From an uncultured virus (IMG/VR IMGVR_UViG_3300031547_000001) (taxonomy: Duplodnaviria; Heunggongvirae; Uroviricota; Caudoviricetes): a stretch of DNA of 64,000 nt. Shown here piece by piece: positions 1-9,239 of the stretch (position 1 is the first letter of the stretch; every line of letters starts with the position of its first letter). The notes below the pieces were generated by a model, which made no database searches, was not told the origin of the DNA, and worked only from the letters and a program-made list of their open reading frames with translations. The stretch lies in the IMG/VR virus record IMGVR_UViG_3300031547_000001; one strand, written 5' to 3'. The position numbers and the translations under genes were made by a program.

Positions 1-54
1 CAGACGATCGGCACCGCAGTCGAGCTGTTCAAGACCCCGATCGTTCCCCTGTAG
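1..54 (+). CDS. 3' end of upstream gene (probably minor tail protein), partial
   Basis: Open frame QTIGTAVELFKTPIVPL* ending TAG at 54, followed by RBS GGAGG of the next gene. Confidence 0.5.
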   Translation, partial: QTIGTAVELFKTPIVPL

Positions 55-62
55 GAGGGCAG

Positions 63-482
63 ATGACCAACTGGCTCGCCGGGATGCGGCTCACCGCCGA
101 CCGGCTCAACGACAACACGCTCCAGACCACCACCACTACCGGTGCAACTGCATCCGCCGGATTCACTCTGGTGTCCTTCAGCGGGCGCAAGGTGAACGGC
201 ATCACCACCATCCAGATCGTCTGCTCTCGCTCCGGAGCTGGCATCGGCCAGTCCGCAGCGGACTCCGGCGACCTGAACCCCGACGTCAACATGGCGACGC
301 TCCCTGTCGGTTGGCGTCCTCCGGAGCAGATCCAGGCTCTCTGGAACTCCAGCGCGGCGGACGGCGGAGCCATCATCTCGACGGCCGGAGTCGTCCAGCT
401 CCAGACGGTATCGGGCAACACCGGTATCGCCAACGGGCATGCACCGCGCGTGTATGCATCCTGGATCAGCGAGAACGGATAA
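63..482 (+). CDS. minor tail protein (putative)
   Basis: RBS GGAGGG; N-terminal WLAGMRLTADRLN motif and LPVGWRP motif typical of actinophage tail-tip proteins; position before the lysis genes. Confidence 0.6.
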   Translation: MTNWLAGMRLTADRLNDNTLQTTTTTGATASAGFTLVSFSGRKVNGITTIQIVCSRSGAGIGQSAADSGDLNPDVNMATLPVGWRPPEQIQALWNSSAADGGAIISTAGVVQLQTVSGNTGIANGHAPRVYASWISENG

Positions 483-584
483 CCCTCCGATTCGGATTTC
501 CTCCTGCCAGGATATGATTCAATTCGTCGGCCAAGGGGTGGTCGTGCGGGGGAATGCATATAACACCAAGCAGGAGGAAATCCA

Positions 585-788
585 ATGGCACAGGACAATG
601 GCCCGGACATAGGAGAGCGCCTCGCTACGATCGAGGCGAAGGTCGACTATCTCGTAGAGCGGGCCACCGAGGACCGCTCAGACTTCCGGGGCCGCATCCG
701 TGCCCTGGAGCTCTGGCGGTACGGGACGGGTGCCGCGATGATCGCGTCCACCATCAACCTCTTCGGAGGATCTGTCCCGAAGCCGTAG
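585..788 (+). CDS. small coiled-coil/membrane protein (lysis-associated?)
   Basis: RBS AGGAGG; ERLATIEAKVD coiled coil plus hydrophobic C-terminus; upstream of the endolysin. Confidence 0.6.
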   Translation: MAQDNGPDIGERLATIEAKVDYLVERATEDRSDFRGRIRALELWRYGTGAAMIASTINLFGGSVPKP

Positions 789-921
789 GCGGCCGTGTAA
801 GCCCTCGCCGCCGACGACTGAGGCCCGCGTACCGGCCCTGCTCCGTTCGGGCCTTACGCGGGCCTCTACGCATCCCTACGGGGTCATCCCGCGTAGGATA
901 GTAGCAACCGCAGGAGGAATC

Positions 922-1848
922 ATGTCAAATCCGATGACTCACGACCAGTTCGTCAAGGCTCTTCGAGTCGAAGGCGTCAAGGTCGTGGAGGTCGACGGAT
1001 GGCGGGATCACGAGCGCGACGACGAGACGGGCAAGGCATTCGGCCCCGTCCACGGCGTGATGATCCACCACACCGTCACCAAGGGCACTCAGAACACCAT
1101 CGACATCTGCTGGGACGGCTACGACGAGCTGCCCGGACCGCTGTGCCACGGCGTCATCGCCAAGGACGGCACGGTCTATCTCATCTCGGGTGGACGCGCC
1201 AACCACGCCGGTGCAGGCGACCCGGACGTCCACGACGCGGTCATCGCCGAGAACTACGGCGACAAGCCGCCTGCCAGCGACGTGCACGACGGCGAGTCCG
1301 GCGGAGTCGACGGCAACGACTGCATGTACGGATTCGAGTGCGAGAACATGGGAGACGGCAAGGACCCGTGGCCGCAGGTCCAGCTCGACGCCATCGAGCG
1401 CACGGCCGCTGCCATCTGCCGGTTCTACGGCTGGACCGCCAAGTCCGTGATCGGCCACAAGGAGTGGAGCGACTGGAAGTCGGACCCCACCTTCTCGATG
1501 ACCGAGATGCGCAACAAGGTCCAGGCTCGTCTCGTCGGTACGCCTTCGACTCCGGCTCCCAAGCCCGAGCCGAAGCCCGAACCCTCCAAGCCGAAGTACC
1601 AGCCGTTCCCCGGCGAGGCGTTCTTCAAGTCGCAGCCCAACAGCCCCATCATCACGGCCATGGGCAAGCGACTCGTCGCCGAGGGTTGCAGCCGGTACAA
1701 CTCCGGCCCCGGACCTCAGTGGACGGAGTCGGACCGCAAGTCGTACAGCCGCTGGCAGAACAAGTGCGGGTTCTACGGGAGCCGCGCGGCCGACGGTTGG
1801 CCGGGCAAGGTCACCTGGGACCAGCTCAAGGTCCCGTTCGTCAAGTAG
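922..1848 (+). CDS. endolysin, N-acetylmuramoyl-L-alanine amidase (Amidase_2) with C-terminal cell-wall-binding domain
   Basis: GVMIHHT, ANHAG, GFECEN, VIGHKEW..K.DP motifs; Pro/Lys linker; C-terminal ADGWPGKVTW. Confidence 0.9.
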   Translation: MSNPMTHDQFVKALRVEGVKVVEVDGWRDHERDDETGKAFGPVHGVMIHHTVTKGTQNTIDICWDGYDELPGPLCHGVIAKDGTVYLISGGRANHAGAGDPDVHDAVIAENYGDKPPASDVHDGESGGVDGNDCMYGFECENMGDGKDPWPQVQLDAIERTAAAICRFYGWTAKSVIGHKEWSDWKSDPTFSMTEMRNKVQARLVGTPSTPAPKPEPKPEPSKPKYQPFPGEAFFKSQPNSPIITAMGKRLVAEGCSRYNSGPGPQWTESDRKSYSRWQNKCGFYGSRAADGWPGKVTWDQLKVPFVK

Positions 1849-1857
1849 GAGGACAGC

Positions 1858-2076
1858 ATGAAGAAGAGCACGAAGCAGACCACCAGAACCGTCATCCAGG
1901 CGGGTATCGGCATCGCCGTCGCTCTGCCCGGCCTGGTCGCGGCCACGGGTGTTGACGAGACGATCCCGTGGGTCGCCGGAGGCCTGGCGGTCTCCGCTGC
2001 GGTCACCCGGCTCATGGCCGTGCCCCAGGTGCAGAAGTTCCTGGGCTGGCTGAACACCGACGACGAAGAGAAGTAG
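1858..2076 (+). CDS. holin (putative)
   Basis: Two hydrophobic segments with charged termini; directly after the endolysin. Confidence 0.7.
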   Translation: MKKSTKQTTRTVIQAGIGIAVALPGLVAATGVDETIPWVAGGLAVSAAVTRLMAVPQVQKFLGWLNTDDEEK

Positions 2077-2086
2077 GAGCACCAAC

Positions 2087-5000
2087 ATGGCTATCCCCTC
2101 TGGGGTGGAGACCGTCACGATCTCGTCGGGCGAGCCCCTGACGACTCCGGACGGCAGCTTCATGCGAGGCCACATCAGGTGGGTGGCTCCGCCGCTCGCC
2201 CTGTCGCCGTCTGACAACTACACCTTCGGAGGGGAGGCCGTCGCCGAGCTCGTGGACGGAATGTTCACGATCACGGTGGTGGCCCCCGATGCCACAGGCA
2301 TCAACCCCACCGGATGGAACTACGCCGTCATCGGCGAGTTCACCAATGCGCCGGACTGGGAGACCTTCGCCACGGTCACCAAGGACAGTCCGACGGTGTT
2401 CTTCGCGGACGTCATCGACCCCATCGGCACGGCTCCGGCGTTCCCCAGTGGCTTCTTCGTCCTCAAGGCGGGCGACACCATGGAGGGTCCGCTGATCCTC
2501 GCTGGCGACCCTGACTCCGACCTTGAGGCGGCGACGAAGCAGTTCGTCGTCAACAAGGACGTCCAGAACGTCAAGCTCACGGGTAACCAGACCGTCGCCG
2601 GGATCAAGACCTTCACGTCCATCCCGGTCGGACCGGCGGCGAACCCGACCGACGCCAACCAGCTCGCTCGCAAGGCGTATGTCGACCTGACTCAGACCGA
2701 GGTCGACAACCTGGAGACGCAGGTTGCGACGCTCGACGCACAGAACGTCAAGATCACCGGAGACCAGACGGTCAACGGCATCAAGACGTTCGGCTCGATC
2801 CCGGTGCTGCCCGGCTCCGACCCGATCGCCGCGAACGAGGCGGTCCGGAAGGCGTACGTCGACACGCTGGACGCGCAGAACGTCAAGATCACTGGACCGC
2901 AGTCGGTTGCTGGAGCAAAGACCTTCACCGACCCGTTCAAGGTGCAGTCCTCGCTCGACACCAACCTCCTGACGGTCCAGCAGGACAACACCGGGGCAAG
3001 TGCCGGTGTAATGAGGCTCGTCGGCGGCTCCGCGACCAACCAGGCATTCCTCGGAACCTACCAGGGTGCAGCCGCGAACTCCTGGGCCATCCGCTCCGAC
3101 GGCCGGTTCGAGGTAGGATCCGGCGCAGGTGCCCGCGACGCGCTCATCACACGCGCTGGTGTTGGCGTGTTCGAGGTCACCAACCAGATCCGAGCCCTGG
3201 GTGCAACGCCGCTCACGGCCGCTGACCTGACCCGCAAGGACTACGTGGACGCGGCGGACAGCCTGCGCCTTCTGAAGACGGCCAACCTGTCCGACCTGCA
3301 AGACGCCTCCATTGCGCGGACCAACCTCGGTCTCGGCAACAGTGCGACGCGAGATGTCGGCATTCTCACCGGACAGGTCGCGGACGGCGAGCTCAACGGC
3401 CTCACCACCGGCGTGATCTACGGCGGCGAGCTCAGCGTCAACGGAAGCAACCCGCTGCATCTCGACATCGGTGCGACCGTCGGCATCATCGCCAACTACA
3501 CGAGTGTTCCCGGAACTCCGACCTTCACCCGGGTCTCTGTTGGACCTCAGACGATCCCGCTGGCCGATCTGGTCAACCCGATCACCTGGTGGCTGATGGA
3601 CTCGGTCGGAACCGTGACCCAGCAGTCCACGCGGCCGACCAACTCTCAGCGCCGGACGCACCTCCAGCTCGGCGCCACGGTCCAGAGTGGCGGAGCGGCG
3701 ATCATCATCGATCAGTCTCTTCCGGTCATCCAGTACCAGCCGATCAACCAGCTGTACGACCTGATGTACGCGCTCGGGGCCTTCTCCATCTTCGGCAACA
3801 CGATCACGTCTTCCGGTGCAACGCTCAACTTCTCCAAGACGGCTGGCGACGTGTTCGCGACGTCGTTCAACAAGTTCGCCGGTTCGACTCTGACGAACGA
3901 CCCGCACGTCTCGCCGACGGCCGCGCAGAGTCCGGCTCAGTTCCGCTACATCTTCCAGAACACCAACCCTGTGCCGCCCACGAGGACGGCGATCGACCCG
4001 GCCAACTACGACGTCGGCGGCGTGCTCACGGCCGTCCCGGGCGGTGCTGGCTCGGCAACCATCCAGCGCGTCTACCTGTTCGCGTCCAACGCCACGCCCG
4101 ACCAACTCCTCATCCAGTATGGCCAGAACGTCTACGGCTCTCTCGATGCAGCCGTGGCCGCGATCTCGACCGAGAGCTTCATCACCAATCCGACTGCGGC
4201 CGCCAACGGCGTTCTCATCGGCTTCATCGTCGTCACCAAGAGTGCAACCGCCCTCAACAACCCGGCTCAGGCCCGGTTCGTCCAGGCATCGAAGTTCTCG
4301 TCCGGCTCTGCAGGCTCCAGCGTGGCCGACCTCACTGGCTTCGCCCTGCTCTCCGGAGCGACGTTCACCGGCACCGTCGGCGGAACCCTCGCGTCCGCCA
4401 TCACGGTGGCGAACTCCTCGCTCGTCACGGGCGACACCTTCGACCGCTTCCGCCGGTACACGGACGGAGCGATGGAGTGGGGGCCGGGCAACCTGACTCG
4501 GGACGTTCGTCTGGAGCGATCCAGCGCCGACAACATGACCTCGCCCGACACCTGGAACTTCGGCGAGGCCACCATCGGCACGACGGCCCAGGTCGTCAAC
4601 AGGCAGGTCGCGACGAAGGCCTCCACCTTCTTCAACCAGAGCGACTTCCGCGTCGCTCACCGGGGCTCCGGAGACGAGTTCCCCGAGCACACCCTCGCGT
4701 CGTACGAGAGCGCGGTGGCGGCTGGTGCCACGGCGATCGAGGTCTCCTGTCAGCTCACTGCAGATGGCGTGTTGGTCTGCATGCACGACACGGACATCGA
4801 GCGCATGACCGGTGTGACCGGGGCATCCGTCAGCACGTTCACCTACGCCGCTCTCCGTGAGCAGATCCGGGTCAACGCCAAGGGCTATCTCGGAGACGGC
4901 TGGAGCCTTCAGGAAGTCCCCACGGTCCGTGAGGTGTTGGACCGATTCTTCGGTCGCGTCGTCATCTTCATCGAGCCCAAGACCAACCCCGCCGTCACGC

Positions 5001-5971
5001 CGCTGCAGAACCTGCTGACCGGCGGCCAGTATCCGCGTGCCAATCAGACGGTCGTGTGGAAGGTCCACTACACCAGCACGACGAAGGCGTGGGCCATCAG
5101 CAACGGGTTCGCCGTCTGGGCCTACATCGACACGGGCACGACGGCCGGTCAGATGGACGCGGTGGACTCTCAGGTCACGTTCTGGGGCGTCCCGATCGAG
5201 GCCACGGACGCCAAGATCTCCGAGGTCGTCGCGAGGCCGGGCGGGAAGTCGGTCATGGTCTGGGCCATCCGTCGTCGGCTCGACTACGACAGGGTGCACG
5301 CTCTCGGCGTCAAGGGCAAGATGACGTCCAACTGGCTGTACCTGTACAACAATCCGATCCTCCCGGAGAGTCGCTGGAACCTGCACAAGACCGTTGAGCC
5401 GGGATCCCTCGGCAAGGTCAAGGAGAGCGTGAACTACTCGCTCCACTACGACGCCAACGGACGCGGCTACATCCCGGCTGCTGCTCTTCCGAACAACGCC
5501 ATCCTGATGGGTGGTCGCTCGGCCTCCATCGCACAGGCGGCGGGCACCTACAAGATCAAGTACACGATGACCTGGGACACCATCCCGGCGTCGAACCTGC
5601 ACTCCGGCATCGCCTTCGCCCGGCCGGACGACAGCGACTACGTGTTCAGCGCGGCGAACTCCGTCGGCGGATACCACGTCGTGTTCCGCAACACCGGCCA
5701 GCTGCAGCTCTTCCGTCACGACCCCGGCGTCACGTCGGGCGTCCTGCTCGGGAACCTCGCCACGACCAGCACCCCGGTCAACGGTGTGCCGATGACCTTC
5801 GAGGTGGACGTCACGCCTACAACGGTCTCGGTCACCAGGACGGACGCGGGCGGACCGTACACGGTAAGCTCTAACGACACAACCTACCGTGGCCGGTACT
5901 GGCACCTCTCCGCCGGTTCGGTGGCGCTGGATGCACAGAAGCCCTTCTTCGAAACGGTGAGCTTGACATGA
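2087..5971 (+). CDS. tail fibre / receptor-binding protein with glycerophosphodiester phosphodiesterase (GDPD) domain
   Basis: Three QNVK(L/I)TG.Q(T/S)V.G.KTF fibre repeats and RK.YVD repeats; VAHRG..DEFPEHTLASY...IEV...LTADGVLVCMHD GDPD motif; C-terminal beta-rich domain. Confidence 0.8.
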   Translation: MAIPSGVETVTISSGEPLTTPDGSFMRGHIRWVAPPLALSPSDNYTFGGEAVAELVDGMFTITVVAPDATGINPTGWNYAVIGEFTNAPDWETFATVTKDSPTVFFADVIDPIGTAPAFPSGFFVLKAGDTMEGPLILAGDPDSDLEAATKQFVVNKDVQNVKLTGNQTVAGIKTFTSIPVGPAANPTDANQLARKAYVDLTQTEVDNLETQVATLDAQNVKITGDQTVNGIKTFGSIPVLPGSDPIAANEAVRKAYVDTLDAQNVKITGPQSVAGAKTFTDPFKVQSSLDTNLLTVQQDNTGASAGVMRLVGGSATNQAFLGTYQGAAANSWAIRSDGRFEVGSGAGARDALITRAGVGVFEVTNQIRALGATPLTAADLTRKDYVDAADSLRLLKTANLSDLQDASIARTNLGLGNSATRDVGILTGQVADGELNGLTTGVIYGGELSVNGSNPLHLDIGATVGIIANYTSVPGTPTFTRVSVGPQTIPLADLVNPITWWLMDSVGTVTQQSTRPTNSQRRTHLQLGATVQSGGAAIIIDQSLPVIQYQPINQLYDLMYALGAFSIFGNTITSSGATLNFSKTAGDVFATSFNKFAGSTLTNDPHVSPTAAQSPAQFRYIFQNTNPVPPTRTAIDPANYDVGGVLTAVPGGAGSATIQRVYLFASNATPDQLLIQYGQNVYGSLDAAVAAISTESFITNPTAAANGVLIGFIVVTKSATALNNPAQARFVQASKFSSGSAGSSVADLTGFALLSGATFTGTVGGTLASAITVANSSLVTGDTFDRFRRYTDGAMEWGPGNLTRDVRLERSSADNMTSPDTWNFGEATIGTTAQVVNRQVATKASTFFNQSDFRVAHRGSGDEFPEHTLASYESAVAAGATAIEVSCQLTADGVLVCMHDTDIERMTGVTGASVSTFTYAALREQIRVNAKGYLGDGWSLQEVPTVREVLDRFFGRVVIFIEPKTNPAVTPLQNLLTGGQYPRANQTVVWKVHYTSTTKAWAISNGFAVWAYIDTGTTAGQMDAVDSQVTFWGVPIEATDAKISEVVARPGGKSVMVWAIRRRLDYDRVHALGVKGKMTSNWLYLYNNPILPESRWNLHKTVEPGSLGKVKESVNYSLHYDANGRGYIPAAALPNNAILMGGRSASIAQAAGTYKIKYTMTWDTIPASNLHSGIAFARPDDSDYVFSAANSVGGYHVVFRNTGQLQLFRHDPGVTSGVLLGNLATTSTPVNGVPMTFEVDVTPTTVSVTRTDAGGPYTVSSNDTTYRGRYWHLSAGSVALDAQKPFFETVSLT

Positions 5972-6891
5972 GAGTTGTCATCCTGGGAGCCCCTCGCGGT
6001 CTGCACGAGAACAGGTGGAAGGACGACATCGCGGAAGCGGCGGAGTCCCTCGGCTGGAAGGCCGATCACCTGGATGCGCGAGGAGCTCCCACGGATGACG
6101 TCATCAGGCTGTGCGAGGGTGCGGACCTCTTCATCTGGGCCCGCACCCACGGGCACGAGCCGCTGGGGGACGCCAACAGGATGCTCCGCGACATCGAGCG
6201 CCTCGGCGTCCCCACGGTCGGCATCCACATGGACCTCTACTGGAGCATCGAAGCGCGAGAAGCCCGCGTAGGCGTCGAGCCCTGGTGGTCCTGCCAGTAC
6301 GTCTTCACGGCGGACGGCGGCTCGCAGGAGCGCTTCGAGGAGCGCGGCGTGAACCACTTCTGGATGCCTCCTGCGATGGGTGTCCGCTTCTTCGGGCTCC
6401 GAGGTGCACCGCCGAACGATCGCCTGTACAAGACCAAGGCCGCGTTCGTTGGCACCAGCTCGCACCCAGTTCATGGCGAGCATCGCCAACAGCTCATCGC
6501 CTTCGGCAAATCCAAGTACAAGAGCTTCTTCCGCCTGTACGGTCGGAGCAAGAAGATCTACGGCATCCATCTCAATCATCTGTACGCAGGAGCCCGCTTC
6601 ATCCTGGGCGACTCGGCACCGGCGGACTACTACTGGTCGGACCGCGTGCCGATCACCATGGGTCGCGGAGCTGTGCTCGCCTATCCCAGGACCGTCGGCA
6701 TGGAGGAGTGGGGCTTCAACGACACCAACATGGTGCTGTTCGATCGCTTCAACTTCACTGAGCTGTCTGACAAGTTGGACGCCATGAAGGATCGGGACGT
6801 CGCAGAGATGCGACAGGCCGCGCTCAAGCTCATCGGCGAGCGCCACATGTGGACGCACCGACTTCAGCAGATCATGGAGACCATCGCATGA
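5968..6891 (+). CDS. glycosyltransferase (GT-B, CgeB/Glyco_trans_1_2-like)
   Basis: AAFVG, YWSDRVPITMGRG and HMWTHRLQQIM C-terminal motifs; ATGA-coupled to the fibre gene. Confidence 0.7.
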   Translation: MRVVILGAPRGLHENRWKDDIAEAAESLGWKADHLDARGAPTDDVIRLCEGADLFIWARTHGHEPLGDANRMLRDIERLGVPTVGIHMDLYWSIEAREARVGVEPWWSCQYVFTADGGSQERFEERGVNHFWMPPAMGVRFFGLRGAPPNDRLYKTKAAFVGTSSHPVHGEHRQQLIAFGKSKYKSFFRLYGRSKKIYGIHLNHLYAGARFILGDSAPADYYWSDRVPITMGRGAVLAYPRTVGMEEWGFNDTNMVLFDRFNFTELSDKLDAMKDRDVAEMRQAALKLIGERHMWTHRLQQIMETIA

Positions 6892-7541
6892 GGATCATCA
6901 TCGCGGCGAGCGGCAGCCAGCACAAGTGGAACGAGCACCTAGACGTGCCGTCGCATCTGTGCCCGCTCACGCGCCACGGAGGCATCCCTCTTCTGCACCG
7001 CACCATCGAGCAGTGCCTGCGGTACAGCGACCAAGTCATCACGACCATCCCGATGTTGGACGAGCGCTACATCTCCGTGCCCGGCCACCACTGGTTCGCC
7101 CCTCCGGAGTCCCGCAGCGAGTTCGAGTCGAGCCAGGGGCTGTGGCACGAGAGCGGCCGGACCGTCCTGCTCCTCGGCGATGTGTACTTCACCGACGAGG
7201 CCCTCGACACGATCATGTGGTCCAAGTCCAAGAGCTACCAGGCGTTCGGCCGTTACAAGGCCAGCGAGATCACGGGGACGCCCTATGGCGAGCTGTTCGC
7301 GGCGAGCTGGTGGAGCTCCGACCACTACGAGCTCCTGCGCAAGATGGATCTCGTCCACGAGACGCGGGCCTCGGGCCGGATCACGCGTCCGCCGGGCTGG
7401 ATGATGCTCCGCGCATGGCAGGGCACGCCGCTCAGCAAGCACCTCGTCGACCCGCGCTGGTTCACCGAGATCAACGACGAGACCGACGACATAGACTTCC
7501 CTGCGGACTACGACCGCCACCCAGCAACGAGGAGCAACTGA
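6888..7541 (+). CDS. nucleotidyltransferase / GT-A-fold sugar-activating enzyme (putative)
   Basis: MRIIIAASG..KW, PLLHRTIEQ, VLLLGDVYF and TDDIDFP.DY motifs; ATGA overlap with the previous gene. Confidence 0.6.
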   Translation: MRIIIAASGSQHKWNEHLDVPSHLCPLTRHGGIPLLHRTIEQCLRYSDQVITTIPMLDERYISVPGHHWFAPPESRSEFESSQGLWHESGRTVLLLGDVYFTDEALDTIMWSKSKSYQAFGRYKASEITGTPYGELFAASWWSSDHYELLRKMDLVHETRASGRITRPPGWMMLRAWQGTPLSKHLVDPRWFTEINDETDDIDFPADYDRHPATRSN

Positions 7542-8170
7542 TGGGTACTGTGTTCAAGGACTTCCCCGCTCTCCTGGAGGATCTCGGCATCGAGCCGCTC
7601 CACATCATCCATGTGGGAGCGCACCAGGGCGAGGAGATGCCGTTCTACAAGGAGGCAGGGGTGAGCCGCATCACGCTGGTCGAGCCGCTCCCGCTTCTCG
7701 CCGCCGGGCTGCGTGACCGGTTCCCCGAGGCCAACGTCATCCAGGTCGCCTGCGGCAAGGAGGAGGGCACGGCGACGCTGAACATCATGTCGCGCACGAA
7801 CCTCTCCACGCTCGTCGATCCGACCGAGGACGACAAGGTCGTCCGCAAGATCGAAGTGCCGGTCTTCCGCCTGGCCGACATCCAGGAGGACGCCAACATC
7901 GCCGTGATCGACGCGCAGGGCCTGGAGATCGAGGTGCTGAGGGCGGCCCACATGGACCGATTCGACCTCGTCATCGTGGAGACCTGCACCGTCGACGACC
8001 GTACGATCGCTGCCCCGCACGACGCCACGGTCGCGTTCATGGAGGACATGGGCTTCGTCCCGGTCAACACCTGGTCCCGGGACTACCAGTGGATCGCCCG
8101 CTGGGGCCGTGGCCAGGCCACCAGGACCAAGGGCGAGGTCCGAGACGTCGCGTTCGTGAAGGCGGGCTGA
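7541..8170 (+). CDS. FkbM-family methyltransferase
   Basis: IIHVGAHQGEE, LVEP and VIDAQGLEIEVL motifs; TGATG coupling. Confidence 0.8.
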   Translation: MGTVFKDFPALLEDLGIEPLHIIHVGAHQGEEMPFYKEAGVSRITLVEPLPLLAAGLRDRFPEANVIQVACGKEEGTATLNIMSRTNLSTLVDPTEDDKVVRKIEVPVFRLADIQEDANIAVIDAQGLEIEVLRAAHMDRFDLVIVETCTVDDRTIAAPHDATVAFMEDMGFVPVNTWSRDYQWIARWGRGQATRTKGEVRDVAFVKAG

Positions 8171-8171
8171 C

Positions 8172-8384
8172 ATGACCGAGGCAGATGCAGTCTGGGGCGT
8201 CCTGTTCCTGATCGGCGGCGTGTACGAGGCCCAGGCCCTCCTGCGCAACAAGGACGACGACACCCTGTCGAGACGGACCCGCTTCTGGTTCAAGGTCCGC
8301 ACGAGGCCGGGAGCGCTCACCTTCGGCGTGGCCTGGGTGGCCTTCGCGGGCTGGTTCCTCTGGCACATCCTCTGGCAGCGGTAG
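8172..8384 (+). CDS. small membrane protein
   Basis: Two hydrophobic helices around DTLSRRTR. Confidence 0.65.
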   Translation: MTEADAVWGVLFLIGGVYEAQALLRNKDDDTLSRRTRFWFKVRTRPGALTFGVAWVAFAGWFLWHILWQR

Positions 8385-8402
8385 AAGATTGTTTGCTGGA
8401 GA

Positions 8403-8449
8403 GGGTTTCCATTCCGTGGACTCCAGGGTAGAGTTCTACTCGTAAGCGA
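8403..8449 (+). promoter_or_regulatory. phage early-type promoter copy
   Basis: GGG-TAGAGT-TCTACTCGTAAGCG, matching the repeated promoter motif on the minus strand at 28.8-44.5 kb. Confidence 0.75.
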
Positions 8450-8474
8450 ACGAACACCAACCAGGGAGCCTCAG

Positions 8475-9053
8475 ATGAACCTCATCCACTCGATCCGCGA
8501 GATCCGCTTCAACTGCTTCGTCGTCGTCGACACCGAGACCGGCCAGGACATCTCCTCCGAGCTCACCTACGACAAGGCGGTCGACCTGGTCTTCAAGTTC
8601 GAGAACGGCCTCCGCTGGAACGCTGGCCTCCCGCTCCTGACCGTCGAGGACCTCCCGGCCCTCCGCTCCGAGCTCGCCGGGGACGACGCAGAGAAGGCCC
8701 AGGAGGCGGTCGCCGCCCACATCTGGAACACCTGCGAGACCGGCTGCACCCCGGGCGGGCGCAAGTGCGGCGTCTACAACCAGCTGTGGGAGGCGGCCCA
8801 CCGCCTGGCGAACAACTGGACCCGCGCCCCCTTCGCCACCATCAACCGCTGGGGCACCCGCCGGGGCCACATGAGCATGGCGGTCGCTCTGGCCGACGTC
8901 TGGATGAACGGCGGCGAGGTCATCACCGCTCCGGCCGGTGCCGCTGAGGCCGAGGAGGCCCGCCGGGTCGAGGAGAAGAAGGCGGCCGACGAGCGCCTCG
9001 CCGCTCGCCGGGCCTCCGGCGTCCGCACCCGCCGCCCGGGTCGCCGGTACTGA
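8475..9053 (+). CDS. hypothetical protein
   Basis: RBS GGGAG, strongly GC3-biased codons, own promoter and terminator. Confidence 0.75.
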   Translation: MNLIHSIREIRFNCFVVVDTETGQDISSELTYDKAVDLVFKFENGLRWNAGLPLLTVEDLPALRSELAGDDAEKAQEAVAAHIWNTCETGCTPGGRKCGVYNQLWEAAHRLANNWTRAPFATINRWGTRRGHMSMAVALADVWMNGGEVITAPAGAAEAEEARRVEEKKAADERLAARRASGVRTRRPGRRY

Positions 9054-9067
9054 GTCCAGAAACAGAA

Positions 9068-9102
9068 GAAGCCCCGACCCTGGAAAGGGTCGGGGCTCTT
9101 TT
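9068..9102. terminator. intrinsic terminator between convergent arms
   Basis: AGCCCCGACCC-TGGAAA-GGGTCGGGGCT followed by CTTTT. Confidence 0.75.
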
Positions 9103-9239
9103 GCGTTCCGGAATCGGAGCTGTCCGCCGGTTCGCACCCGGCATGCGGCCTAGGCGGCGACGTAAGGGCCGAACTCCCTGGGGTCGGTGACCTTGTCCGA
9201 CCGGCCGGAGTTCGGCCCTTACGCGGCCATACGCGGGTT

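Noticed and set aside
2012..5905. Very long antisense ORFs (also 54170-57937, 29005-30921, 47612-49324, 37125-39023)
   Set aside because: Shadow frames of high-GC3 genes on the opposite strand; no RBS or recognisable motifs
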